IMG/VR virus record: IMGVR_UViG_3300047546_000049
Coordinates: 1-29,569 of that record
Source of the DNA: a virus
Taxonomy: Duplodnaviria; Caudoviricetes
Length of the DNA: 29,569 bases
Direction: 5' to 3' (one strand)
Under the pieces are notes generated by a model. The model made no database searches and was not told the DNA's origin. It was given only the letters and a program-made list of their open reading frames with translations. The translations under genes were made by a program, and so were the position numbers. Shown piece by piece: positions 16,928-25,088 of the stretch (position 1 is the first letter of the stretch; every line of letters begins with the position of its first letter).

Positions 16928-17138
16928 GTTTCTTCAAGTTTCTGTAATAGTCTATATCTTTACTAAGATTAGCTAATGCAACTCTTCTAGCCACAGTCAA
17001 CTTCTTAAAGTGTTCGTGTTCCATTCTAATACCACGTTCAAGTTGATGTTCGACATATTTTTCCGTTACATCGTGCTTTTTGGCAATAGCCGATATGGTA
17101 AGAACTCTTTTACTTATGAACTGCTTATAGCTCTTCAT
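16920..17138 (-). CDS. Small basic protein resembling DUF5661 family, with MKSYKQFI N-terminus
   Basis: IAKKH.V......QL..GI.ME.EH......A..VAL..L....DYY..L pattern; overlaps both gp16 and gp17. Confidence 0.6.
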   Translation of the reverse strand: MKSYKQFISKRVLTISAIAKKHDVTEKYVEHQLERGIRMEHEHFKKLTVARRVALANLSKDIDYYRNLKKHA

Positions 17139-17562
17139 TATTCTTGACTTTCTTCAGCAACTCGGCCGTACTACCAACAAAGACAGCCTTCTCAACATTG
17201 ATACGCTGTTCGTCTTGTGGTCTCGCTTTATCTTCTTTCTGTAAATCTTTAGTCTTCTTTTGAAGGTCGTAAAGATCCTTTGTGGTGTCAGCTATGGTCT
17301 TCATCATAGTGGCCAGAACTTCATAGGCTCTTGGGCTTTCTGATTCCTTAGCAAGATCAGTCAAATTCTCGACAGCGTTATTACCTTTATTGATGAGTTC
17401 ACGAAATGTTTTACGGGCCAATCTGTAGTCTTCTTGCTGGTCTACCTGTTCTTGAGTTGCAACAGTTTCAACGATTTCTTGACTAGGCTGTTGTAACTTT
17501 GCTGGTGGCAAAATCTCATGTTCAATACCAAGAGCCTCTGATAGTGCTTCATGGGTTTTCAT
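17125..17562 (-). CDS. gp16: Terminase small subunit gp16
   Basis: DY..AR.....LI.KG..A...L...A.ESESPRAYEV and FVGSTAEL.K motifs; upstream of gp17. Confidence 0.93.
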   Translation of the reverse strand: MKTHEALSEALGIEHEILPPAKLQQPSQEIVETVATQEQVDQQEDYRLARKTFRELINKGNNAVENLTDLAKESESPRAYEVLATMMKTIADTTKDLYDLQKKTKDLQKEDKARPQDEQRINVEKAVFVGSTAELLKKVKNNEEL

Positions 17563-17565
17563 AGT

Positions 17566-18573
17566 TTACTCCGTATCTGGCCACTCGGTAATATTGATAT
17601 CATAACCATAGTCATCTGTAGGTTCAGCCGTGTTAGGTTTAGGTTCAATATGAATGTTAACCAACTTCAATGCGGATGTATCAAACGATGCGATGTTATA
17701 GGCTGCATTTGTTGACACACCTCTAATTGTATTATTGGTGTAAAACTGACCTTGAGCACCACCTATAACAAGTCTTCCGTTTGCGGAGTTCCACTGAACA
17801 ACTTTAGCATAGGCTGTGGCTGTCTGATAGTTATCACCTTGATAGACAACATCATCAATCTTAAATGTACCACTATTACCTTGATTTGTATTTATACGAA
17901 TAATGTAGCCAGCCTTGAGTGAAGGATCATTATAGATGTTCGCATCAATCTTACGAATGATACCTTGATCTGAGACTGGTCCATAATAGTAGGCCTTCAT
18001 AGTGAAACGAAGTGTCCATGTAACAAATCGAATCGCGTCGAAGTTACCTTCATGTTCGATGTTGTTTGTCACACTGTTCAGAATGATTGGTATATCTTTT
18101 AGAAAACCAATTTCAGGTATGAGATTGACTGTTGAAGTAAAATCTGGATTGAAGTATGGTAGTATCTGTTCGATAACATGAGTACCATCATCAATGTTTC
18201 TGGTATACAGATTAAGTTCAAAGTTCAGATCATATGGCACACCCATATACTGACTGGCCAGCTTATTAGCCGAACTGGCGGCCGCAGTCTTGAGTAGTGA
18301 GTTCTGCTTTCTAGAAGGATCGTAATTGATGCCTATCATCTCAAACGACAATCTAGGAAGAGAAATTTGAAGCTCGCGCTGCAAATCTGGATCAGACTGA
18401 AGGCGTGCATAATACTTTTCTTTTGGTGCGTAAATGATAGGTATCTTGAAACGTTCTATCTCAGCATCAGTCTCAGTATTCTTTCTAACAAGCGAAATGT
18501 TGTTGAACATATTGCCAAACAATATGACATACTTTCTTGTCAGTTTATGATAGAAGTATTTGTTACTAAGCAT
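17566..18573 (-). CDS. gp15: Tail sheath stabiliser / terminator gp15, with extra C-terminal beta domain
   Basis: YFYH...RKYV..FG..FN, P..YAPKEK, LPRLSFE, YD..RK, VPY...F.L, QILPYF.P, WTL.F..K.Y.YGPV. Confidence 0.95.
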   Translation of the reverse strand: MLSNKYFYHKLTRKYVILFGNMFNNISLVRKNTETDAEIERFKIPIIYAPKEKYYARLQSDPDLQRELQISLPRLSFEMIGINYDPSRKQNSLLKTAAASSANKLASQYMGVPYDLNFELNLYTRNIDDGTHVIEQILPYFNPDFTSTVNLIPEIGFLKDIPIILNSVTNNIEHEGNFDAIRFVTWTLRFTMKAYYYGPVSDQGIIRKIDANIYNDPSLKAGYIIRINTNQGNSGTFKIDDVVYQGDNYQTATAYAKVVQWNSANGRLVIGGAQGQFYTNNTIRGVSTNAAYNIASFDTSALKLVNIHIEPKPNTAEPTDDYGYDINITEWPDTE

Positions 18574-19445
18574 TATGGGCTACCAAATGGATTGTTTTCA
18601 GACAAATCAAGGAAGTCAGCAACTTCATCTTGAATGTGTTTATTGTCATATGTATCATAGTCAAGATAGTCACCGAGTGTATCAATCGTACCGGTTGTGT
18701 AGTTGGCATTTGATGTATTGCCACGCAGAGCAGTGTTGCTGGCAAAAGTACCTATGATGTTAATCAATTCAAGTGTCTTGGTCGTAGGATCCCAATCTCT
18801 CACATCCGCTGAGGCTGTAGCATAAGCGATGTTAGCACCTTGATAGACACGCTCATCTTGGAAGTAGTTACCAGAACCAGTAGTCATGTCTAGCTTAATT
18901 GCATAACCCAAAGTATGCTCGACATGGTCGATTTCGTCCACGCCAGTATTGATACTTTCTTGGCTGTAACGGAAGAGTTCGCAACGCATTTCGTAGATAT
19001 ATGGCTGACGATTTCCAAGTGAGAAGAACATCAACTCTTCTTCAACGAACTTGATTTCAAATAGCTTCTGAAGAACAGGAACAAAGATTAGATCGCCTTC
19101 GCGTGGGCGAATGGCAATCGAAGAAGGCATATACTTTTCAAATGTTCTTCGAGAACAGACAAAGTTTGATGTATCTCGAATTTCAAGACCAAACTTAGAG
19201 AAGAAGTCACCATCGCCTTCGTAACCTTCGACGTTAGCCAGGTACATCTCCATGTGATAGGCACGTTCAAATTTTGATTGAGGATTTTCACCATAGATTG
19301 GATCAGTAGCATTGAAACCTTCGCGAGGCACATACCAGCAATCATGACCCATGATCTTGATAGACTCAACGATAACGTCTTCCATGAGACGCTGTTCGTT
19401 GTTCATTACACCTGAGTAGTTGTTAAAATAATGTGAAACAGCCAT
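18573..19445 (-). CDS. gp14: Neck protein gp14
   Basis: EQ.L.ED...ESIKI.G.D..Y.PR, EMYL.NVEG..G.GDF.SKFGLEIRD, RP.EGDLI, LFEIKFVE, CELF.YS, D.SE.NPFG. Confidence 0.96.
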   Translation of the reverse strand: MAVSHYFNNYSGVMNNEQRLMEDVIVESIKIMGHDCWYVPREGFNATDPIYGENPQSKFERAYHMEMYLANVEGYEGDGDFFSKFGLEIRDTSNFVCSRRTFEKYMPSSIAIRPREGDLIFVPVLQKLFEIKFVEEELMFFSLGNRQPYIYEMRCELFRYSQESINTGVDEIDHVEHTLGYAIKLDMTTGSGNYFQDERVYQGANIAYATASADVRDWDPTTKTLELINIIGTFASNTALRGNTSNANYTTGTIDTLGDYLDYDTYDNKHIQDEVADFLDLSENNPFGSP

Positions 19446-19446
19446 C

Positions 19447-20190
19447 TTAACCTACCAGGAACTGAGGTGGTTCCTCATATGTGTCTCTGATCTGTTCTTC
19501 TAAGTCTTTAATCTCTTGAACAGCCTCATCGTAGATGGCCTGACCTTGCATTGTGATACCACCAGGCAACTGCATACCACCAAACTTTTTCATGTTGTTA
19601 CCCCACTGACGTTTGATGTAGGCTGTGGCCAGTCTCTTGAGCATCATGTCGTTATAGACTTTAGTATAAGTGGCTGGGTCAACAATGATAAAACCTTCGA
19701 TAACCATATACTCACCGACATCTACACCGTTGATCCAGTTTTGATCCACATATAGTTTACCTGTATGTCGATTAAAACGAATTGGTTGTTCACCAGAGAA
19801 GAGCAGGTCTAGTGTACGAATATGCTGCATCGTTAAAGCATAGCTGACATATGAAGTGCTGGTGAAGTCATAGAGTTCGTGCAGGCGAAGTTGATAGCGC
19901 AGGTCGAACATATTGACAGATGCGTTGGTAGAACCAATTGGAAAGATACGGTTGACACCGATGATGGTATCTGGTATAGGAATCCATTTATTATCTTTGT
20001 CTTCTTGAGTAACTTGATGTGTGATATACCAGCGTTCAACACCATCGAAGTGAAACTGCTGGAAATACTGGAAGGCTTCGTCAATACGGTCTTCAACCTG
20101 GTCATCATCCACGTTGATTTCGATGACAGGGAAACCCAGTTGGCGCAGGCACCAATCTTTTAAGTTTTCTCTTGATGAGGGTATTGACAT
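19447..20190 (-). CDS. gp13: Neck protein gp13
   Basis: P.SR..L..WCLR.LG.PVIEINVDDDQ.EDRIDEA, KRQWG.N..KF.G.QLPGG.T..G. Confidence 0.97.
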   Translation of the reverse strand: MSIPSSRENLKDWCLRQLGFPVIEINVDDDQVEDRIDEAFQYFQQFHFDGVERWYITHQVTQEDKDNKWIPIPDTIIGVNRIFPIGSTNASVNMFDLRYQLRLHELYDFTSTSYVSYALTMQHIRTLDLLFSGEQPIRFNRHTGKLYVDQNWINGVDVGEYMVIEGFIIVDPATYTKVYNDMMLKRLATAYIKRQWGNNMKKFGGMQLPGGITMQGQAIYDEAVQEIKDLEEQIRDTYEEPPQFLVG

Positions 20191-20212
20191 TTAGACTCCA
20201 CCTATATAAACT
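20184..20212 (+). promoter_or_regulatory. Possible sigma70 promoter for the TctC-like gene
   Basis: TTGACA (20184-20189), 17 nt, TAAACT (20207-20212). The -35 is the reverse complement of the gp13 start, so it may be coincidental. Confidence 0.45.
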
Positions 20213-20219
20213 GTAACCA

Positions 20220-20227
20220 TATTTATA
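20220..20227 (-). promoter_or_regulatory. T4 late promoter TATAAATA upstream of gp13
   Basis: Exact consensus about 30 nt before the gp13 ATG; GGAG SD present. Confidence 0.8.
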
Positions 20228-20243
20228 CTATTCTGGAACTGTT

Positions 20244-21161
20244 ATGCGTCTTGTGATTTTGCTGATTACCTTACTATTTATGGTGCCTGCTCAGGCCGAG
20301 ACTCTGACAATAATCGTCCAGTCTATGAATAGTCAACCCTACCACAATGCCAAGTTGCTAGGCAAGTATATGGTCAAATACTACACCGGTGCTAAAGATT
20401 TTACTGTTAAGGTCGTGCCAGGTGCAAACGGGTTAAACGCAGCCAACTATCTCTATAATGTAGCACCGAAAGATGGATTAACTTTTGGTACCTTCACCAG
20501 AGTTGTACCTTTATTAGGTATCATTGGTGATAAGAACGCTAACTATGAGACTGAAAAATTCAACTGGATAGGTTCAACCACAGACAACAGAAGCAATCCA
20601 GGTGTGTTAATCTCTAGAAAGAAGTATGATGGTCACCTGATAATAGGTGAACAGGGGTCTCTAGAAGGTGGTGTGGTTGATCTCATACAATCAGTATCGG
20701 GTTGGAATATCAAAAAAGTGGTAGGTTATAGAAACGTACCAGAGATCAGACTTGCCTTTGAACAGGGTGAGATAGACGCATACTTCAATAGTTATGCTGA
20801 TCTATTGGCCACCCGCAAAGACCTCAAAGACAATATCATACTTCAATATGGAAATGGATTGATCAGACATCCAGAGTTAAAGAATGTGCCTACTTTGATG
20901 GAGCTATCTAAAGATCAAAGTAAGATGCTGGCTATCAGAGAACTATCAGAGATATTGGTGAAACCATTCGTTGCACCACCTGGTGTGAGCAAAGAGAGAG
21001 TATCAATGCTTCGAGAGGCTTTCTTCAGAACTATGAATGATTCAGATTATATCAAAGAATCGGAGGCAATGAACTTTGGTCTCAGCCCAGTCTATTGGTC
21101 ACAGGCTGAATTTATTATCAGACTTCTGGGTTCCAACCGGTCTTATCTAGACCCCACTTGA
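20244..21161 (+). CDS. tctC: Tripartite tricarboxylate transporter substrate-binding protein (TctC/Bug family), divergent
   Basis: Signal peptide ending AQA; PGANGL.AANYLYNVAPKDG.T.G, KFNWIGS, V.GY....EIRLAFEQGE.D, HPEL.NVPT..E, PF.APPGV..ER...LR.AF...M.D. Confidence 0.85.
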   Translation: MRLVILLITLLFMVPAQAETLTIIVQSMNSQPYHNAKLLGKYMVKYYTGAKDFTVKVVPGANGLNAANYLYNVAPKDGLTFGTFTRVVPLLGIIGDKNANYETEKFNWIGSTTDNRSNPGVLISRKKYDGHLIIGEQGSLEGGVVDLIQSVSGWNIKKVVGYRNVPEIRLAFEQGEIDAYFNSYADLLATRKDLKDNIILQYGNGLIRHPELKNVPTLMELSKDQSKMLAIRELSEILVKPFVAPPGVSKERVSMLREAFFRTMNDSDYIKESEAMNFGLSPVYWSQAEFIIRLLGSNRSYLDPT

Positions 21162-22035
21162 TCAGGCCTCTATCAATCTTCCAGTTATACTCAAATGTGC
21201 TATACCAATCTCTGAACTGTTGCTTAGTTGTAATTAGGTCTGGTACTGTCACATCACCAGCATCTTCAGCCACACCTCTTTTACCGGCTATAGGAAAGTT
21301 ACCATTCTTTTCCATATAGATCCAGTTAATGAATGAGCAATCTCTGGTTGTGCTGCCTGTATAGTCATGGCTTTTCTCTTGACGCCACTCATCAACATCT
21401 GAAGCAGTATAACCATTGTTGATATGTTCTTGAACGACATTATCATATAAACACTTATTACACTGACCGCACTTATTGTCTTCTATGAATCCACCATCAC
21501 AGGCAATAGTACTTCTCTTGATATTTTCTGGCGTGTTCTGTAGAACGTGCCATCTGTTGAAATTCTGTTCAATATCATTTGTGATAAGAGGTGCTGAGAA
21601 CTCACCTTGAGTAACAAGATCGGCAAAAATCTTCTGTGAGTCGATATAGGTTGAAAGACCTCTAACTGTGCTATGTTTGAAGAAGGCACCATCATTCTGT
21701 TCCCATGTAGAACCTATAGTGAGTTTATCATAAGTTCCGTTATTGAGTTCTGGTGCTAGTTTGGTGATGAGATAAGAGTTCCATCTATCAAGTGAGAAAG
21801 ATGTGATTTCAGATGAGTTTACTTTTAGATACTTTACACGGAAATTTCTGATCTTCTTCAACTCTTTAAGTAGAGGTTGAATGTTCAGTAGTTTCTGTTC
21901 TGTGAGACCGTCGCATGTACCATTGGCTGACGCTGCAATGAGAAGTGTAATGTCATCACTGGTATCAGCAAGAAGTTTGTATGTGAGATAAGATGAATCG
22001 CGGCCGCCGCTGAATAGAACAAGATTATTCGACAT
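21118..22035 (-). CDS. QueC-like PP-loop ATP pyrophosphatase
   Basis: N-terminal LVLFSGGRDSS PP-loop; APL; C-x8-CxxCxxC zinc site (IACDGGFIEDNKCGQCNKC). Longer and more divergent than canonical QueC. Confidence 0.7.
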   Translation of the reverse strand: MSNNLVLFSGGRDSSYLTYKLLADTSDDITLLIAASANGTCDGLTEQKLLNIQPLLKELKKIRNFRVKYLKVNSSEITSFSLDRWNSYLITKLAPELNNGTYDKLTIGSTWEQNDGAFFKHSTVRGLSTYIDSQKIFADLVTQGEFSAPLITNDIEQNFNRWHVLQNTPENIKRSTIACDGGFIEDNKCGQCNKCLYDNVVQEHINNGYTASDVDEWRQEKSHDYTGSTTRDCSFINWIYMEKNGNFPIAGKRGVAEDAGDVTVPDLITTKQQFRDWYSTFEYNWKIDRGLIKWGLDKTGWNPEV

Positions 22036-22366
22036 ATAAAATTTCCAGTATCTCTCTTAGGTCAGGGTCTTTATGTACCCACTCACCAGTTTCTCTGTCG
22101 AGTATGTAGTCTTCATGAGATGGATTAGGTGCTGCAAATATATCTTTTTCAGAGATGTAGTATGAACCGACAGCCGCAAATCTACGTCTGAAATTACCAT
22201 TATAACTGGTCTGTTTCCAGAAAGTCATAGGTCCAAAGATTGATCTACAGAACTCAATACCTTTCTGTTCACTCTCAACACCGTTTTCATCAAGAAGTTT
22301 ATCATTACCTACAACGATAACTTCAAGTACAACGTCATTTGAACCTAATTTTGCAAAGTGTGCCAT
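22025..22366 (-). CDS. Small 'MAHFA' tail-fibre chaperone-like protein (cassette 3)
   Basis: MAHFA.L..N.VV..VIVV.N..LLDE.G.ESEQKGI.FC, W.QTSYNGNFR; paralog of 23842..24198. The chaperone role is inferred from position. Confidence 0.65.
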   Translation of the reverse strand: MAHFAKLGSNDVVLEVIVVGNDKLLDENGVESEQKGIEFCRSIFGPMTFWKQTSYNGNFRRRFAAVGSYYISEKDIFAAPNPSHEDYILDRETGEWVHKDPDLREILEILYVE

Positions 22367-22375
22367 CTCTATACC

Positions 22376-23260
22376 TTACTGATAATAATAACGAATGATA
22401 ACAACACCGGAACCACCAGAACCACCAGAGTAACCTGGGTTATATGCACCGCCGCCACCGCCGCCTGTATTAACAGTTCCTGGTGAACCAGGTGCGGCCG
22501 GTGCGCTTGTTCCTACACCACCTGCACCGCCGCCGCCTGTACCACCAGAACCAGCTGGCGTACCAAATGTATAGCCGCCGCCACCGCCACCACCGCGAGT
22601 AACTGATGACCCTGATATTGGTGATGCTAGACCGTTGCCACCATTACCACCGGCACCTGCGCTACCATTACCACCGACGGCGTTTGCACCTCCACCACCA
22701 CCGCCGCCGCCACCGGCCGGTGTACCTGGAAAACCTTTACCTCCTGGAGTACCAGGATCCCAATAACCTACACCACCTGCATTACCTTGACCGGCTGGTA
22801 AAGCAGTACCACCGGGTCCACTATTGACGCTACCACCGCCTGAGCCACCGGAAAGACCAGAATAGGCAGGACCGCTGATACAGGCACCGCCACCACCGCC
22901 TCTGGCTACGATATGACCAAACACACTATTAGTGCCGTTTGCACCATATGCTAGAGATGTTGAACCTACACCACCTGAACCTACAGTGATTGCATATGTT
23001 TGTGCTGTTGGTGCTGTATTACCTACAAGATAACCGCCAGCACCGCCTCCTGCACCAGCGTTTCCTGCACCTCCAGCACCTCCGCCGGCCACGACAAGAT
23101 AATTTACAGTCTGACCTGATGGCACATTTGTTACAATAAAGTTATCTGTAGATGTGAAGGTGTGTATTCTAAAACTACCATCGGTGGTTATTGTACCACC
23201 AGTAGCAGAGATAAACTTAGAACCACCAACAACGCCTGCTAGACCACCGTAGATTGACAT
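22376..23260 (-). CDS. Glycine-rich adhesin / receptor-binding protein (cassette 3)
   Basis: ATGG......RIHTFT, YLVVAGGG.GG, repeated GGGGG runs separated by variable loops, NTGGGGGG, GGSGVVIIRY; consistent with a polyglycine-II bundle. Confidence 0.75.
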   Translation of the reverse strand: MSIYGGLAGVVGGSKFISATGGTITTDGSFRIHTFTSTDNFIVTNVPSGQTVNYLVVAGGGAGGAGNAGAGGGAGGYLVGNTAPTAQTYAITVGSGGVGSTSLAYGANGTNSVFGHIVARGGGGGACISGPAYSGLSGGSGGGSVNSGPGGTALPAGQGNAGGVGYWDPGTPGGKGFPGTPAGGGGGGGGGANAVGGNGSAGAGGNGGNGLASPISGSSVTRGGGGGGGYTFGTPAGSGGTGGGGAGGVGTSAPAAPGSPGTVNTGGGGGGAYNPGYSGGSGGSGVVIIRYYYQ

Positions 23261-23826
23261 TAACTTAATCCACCACCGCTTGCTACGAATGTATTTGCTG
23301 CAACACAGAAGATTGATGAGATACCTCTTTGAGCCAATGCTCTATCACCTGTTGTTGCTGTACCGCTAAGGTACATTGTGATACCTGAGTTTGATACGAG
23401 GTATATTGTAGAAGATGAATTGTTATAGATTGTGATGTTATCACCAGCAGAAAATACAGCATTAGGTACAAGAACATTGGCTGTTGTTGTGATCATCTTA
23501 CCAACATCTGCGGCCACTAGAGAATATACAGAAGACTGTGATGATGTAGGAATTATTCTGAGACTGCCGATATTATCAGAGACAATACCATTTGATGCAA
23601 TGTTACTTGCAACGTTCAGTGTACCTGAAACTGTTGTGTTACCTGTAATGGCTGTATTGCCTGTTGTATCTACAAGCACTCTCTGTGTGCTGTTGATGGT
23701 GATACCAACATTGCCGCTAGGTGAATAGAATATACCAGTATCAGCATCAGAACCTTTGAAACTAGGTGTAGTGGCTGAGCCGTCGATACCTGATATACCT
23801 GTTGAGCCGTTAATTACTACTGGCAT
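23260..23826 (-). CDS. Short tail-fibre adapter (cassette 3)
   Basis: Fibre-like N-half. The C-terminal domain VPNA.FSAGDNITIYNNS...GTATTG.R.LAQRG...CVAANTFV.SGGGL is shared with two paralogs. Confidence 0.7.
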   Translation of the reverse strand: MPVVINGSTGISGIDGSATTPSFKGSDADTGIFYSPSGNVGITINSTQRVLVDTTGNTAITGNTTVSGTLNVASNIASNGIVSDNIGSLRIIPTSSQSSVYSLVAADVGKMITTTANVLVPNAVFSAGDNITIYNNSSSTIYLVSNSGITMYLSGTATTGDRALAQRGISSIFCVAANTFVASGGGLS

Positions 23827-23841
23827 TTTAATTTCCTATTT

Positions 23842-24198
23842 TTAGATTTCTACCCAAGATGTAGTTTGTTCATTCCATCTATATATCTTATTGTCATTAG
23901 GATATGGAACAGGTGGTTCCCACTGACATGTATCTTCGTTTAGAGTCCAACTATTATATAACTTTGGTGATATGAAAGCATCTCTTTGCTCATCATATGT
24001 ATAACCTATACCAGCATAGTTCTTTCTGAAATTACCATTGTAACTTGTCTGAATCCAACGGCCGCCAAGATGCTGCACACAGAAGTCAATACCTTTCTGC
24101 TCACTCTCATTACCAGTCTCATCAAGCAGTTCATTGTTGTGAACTACTATAACTGCAACGACATTATTGTTTTCATCTAATCTTGCAAAATGTGCCAT
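23842..24198 (-). CDS. Small 'MAHFA' tail-fibre chaperone-like protein (cassette 2)
   Basis: MAHFA, W.QTSYN.NFRKNYAGIGYTYD..RDAFI.PK.Y.SW.L.E.TC.W.PP.PYP, Y.WNE....W. Confidence 0.7.
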   Translation of the reverse strand: MAHFARLDENNNVVAVIVVHNNELLDETGNESEQKGIDFCVQHLGGRWIQTSYNGNFRKNYAGIGYTYDEQRDAFISPKLYNSWTLNEDTCQWEPPVPYPNDNKIYRWNEQTTSWVEI

Positions 24199-24206
24199 TA
24201 TACCTC

Positions 24207-25088
24207 TTAGAACGTAATAGTTCCAGTTCCTGTAAATGTGTAATACTTATAGCCGCCAGTGTTCGTAAATGTTGGTGATCCTGTTGTTGATACAGCGTTT
24301 GCAAATGAACTACTATATCTGAGAACAACTACGCCTGAACCACCAGATGCACCTGTTGCGTTTCTGCCGCCGCCACCGCCGCCGCCTTTGTTGGCTGTTC
24401 CTGCAACACCACTACCCCAGTTAGCACCCGCACTTGTCGCAAATCCGGCACCGCCGCCACCTGAACCACCTGGTGCAGCAGGAGGAGCTGATGAATATAC
24501 GCCAGCACCGCCGCCGCCTCCACCATAATAAGTTCCAGAACTAGTTGGCCATTCCGTACCGTTACCACCTGAACCGCCTGTATATGGTGCTGAAGATAGC
24601 CCATTTGATCCGTTGGCTGTTGCACCACCGCCACCACCGCCGCCGGCACCTGTGCCTGGAGCATGATATGACGAACCACCACCGTAACCTTCTACAGGTG
24701 AATAACCACCAGAATTACCCGTTGAGCCTGCTCTTGTGCCGCCAGCATTGTTACCACCTGCACCTCCGCCGGAACCACCGGCAGATCCTGAAGAGTTCCA
24801 ACTTCCGCCACCACCACCGCCTGAAGCTGATACTGTTGTAATACCAGAACCACTAAGTGATGATGCAGTACCACTAGCACTCGTTGTTGAACCACCACCA
24901 CCAACCGTGGCAGTATAGGTCACACCTGTAGATATGGTTACAGTTCCAGTTCTGACGCCGCCGGCGCCGCCACCACCCGAAATATCTGTTGTGCCGCCGC
25001 CAGCACCACCACCAGCTACGACAAGATATTCTAAGTTACTAGGAGCACCACCATAACCTATATGTGCAATAATGCCATAAAGAGTCAT
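24207..25088 (-). CDS. Glycine-rich adhesin / receptor-binding protein (cassette 2)
   Basis: EYLVVAGGG.GG, poly-Gly runs, YYGGGGGG, GGSGVVVLRY, C-terminal GGYKYYTFTGTGTITF. Confidence 0.75.
   Translation of the reverse strand: MTLYGIIAHIGYGGAPSNLEYLVVAGGGAGGGTTDISGGGGAGGVRTGTVTISTGVTYTATVGGGGSTTSASGTASSLSGSGITTVSASGGGGGGSWNSSGSAGGSGGGAGGNNAGGTRAGSTGNSGGYSPVEGYGGGSSYHAPGTGAGGGGGGGATANGSNGLSSAPYTGGSGGNGTEWPTSSGTYYGGGGGGAGVYSSAPPAAPGGSGGGGAGFATSAGANWGSGVAGTANKGGGGGGGRNATGASGGSGVVVLRYSSSFANAVSTTGSPTFTNTGGYKYYTFTGTGTITF

Larger units (their letters stand above)
22254..24109. repeat. Direct repeat in the two MAHFA genes: 22254-22277 vs 24086-24109
   Basis: tcaatacctttctg(t/c)tcactctca; 23 of 24 nt identical. 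Confidence 0.8.
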
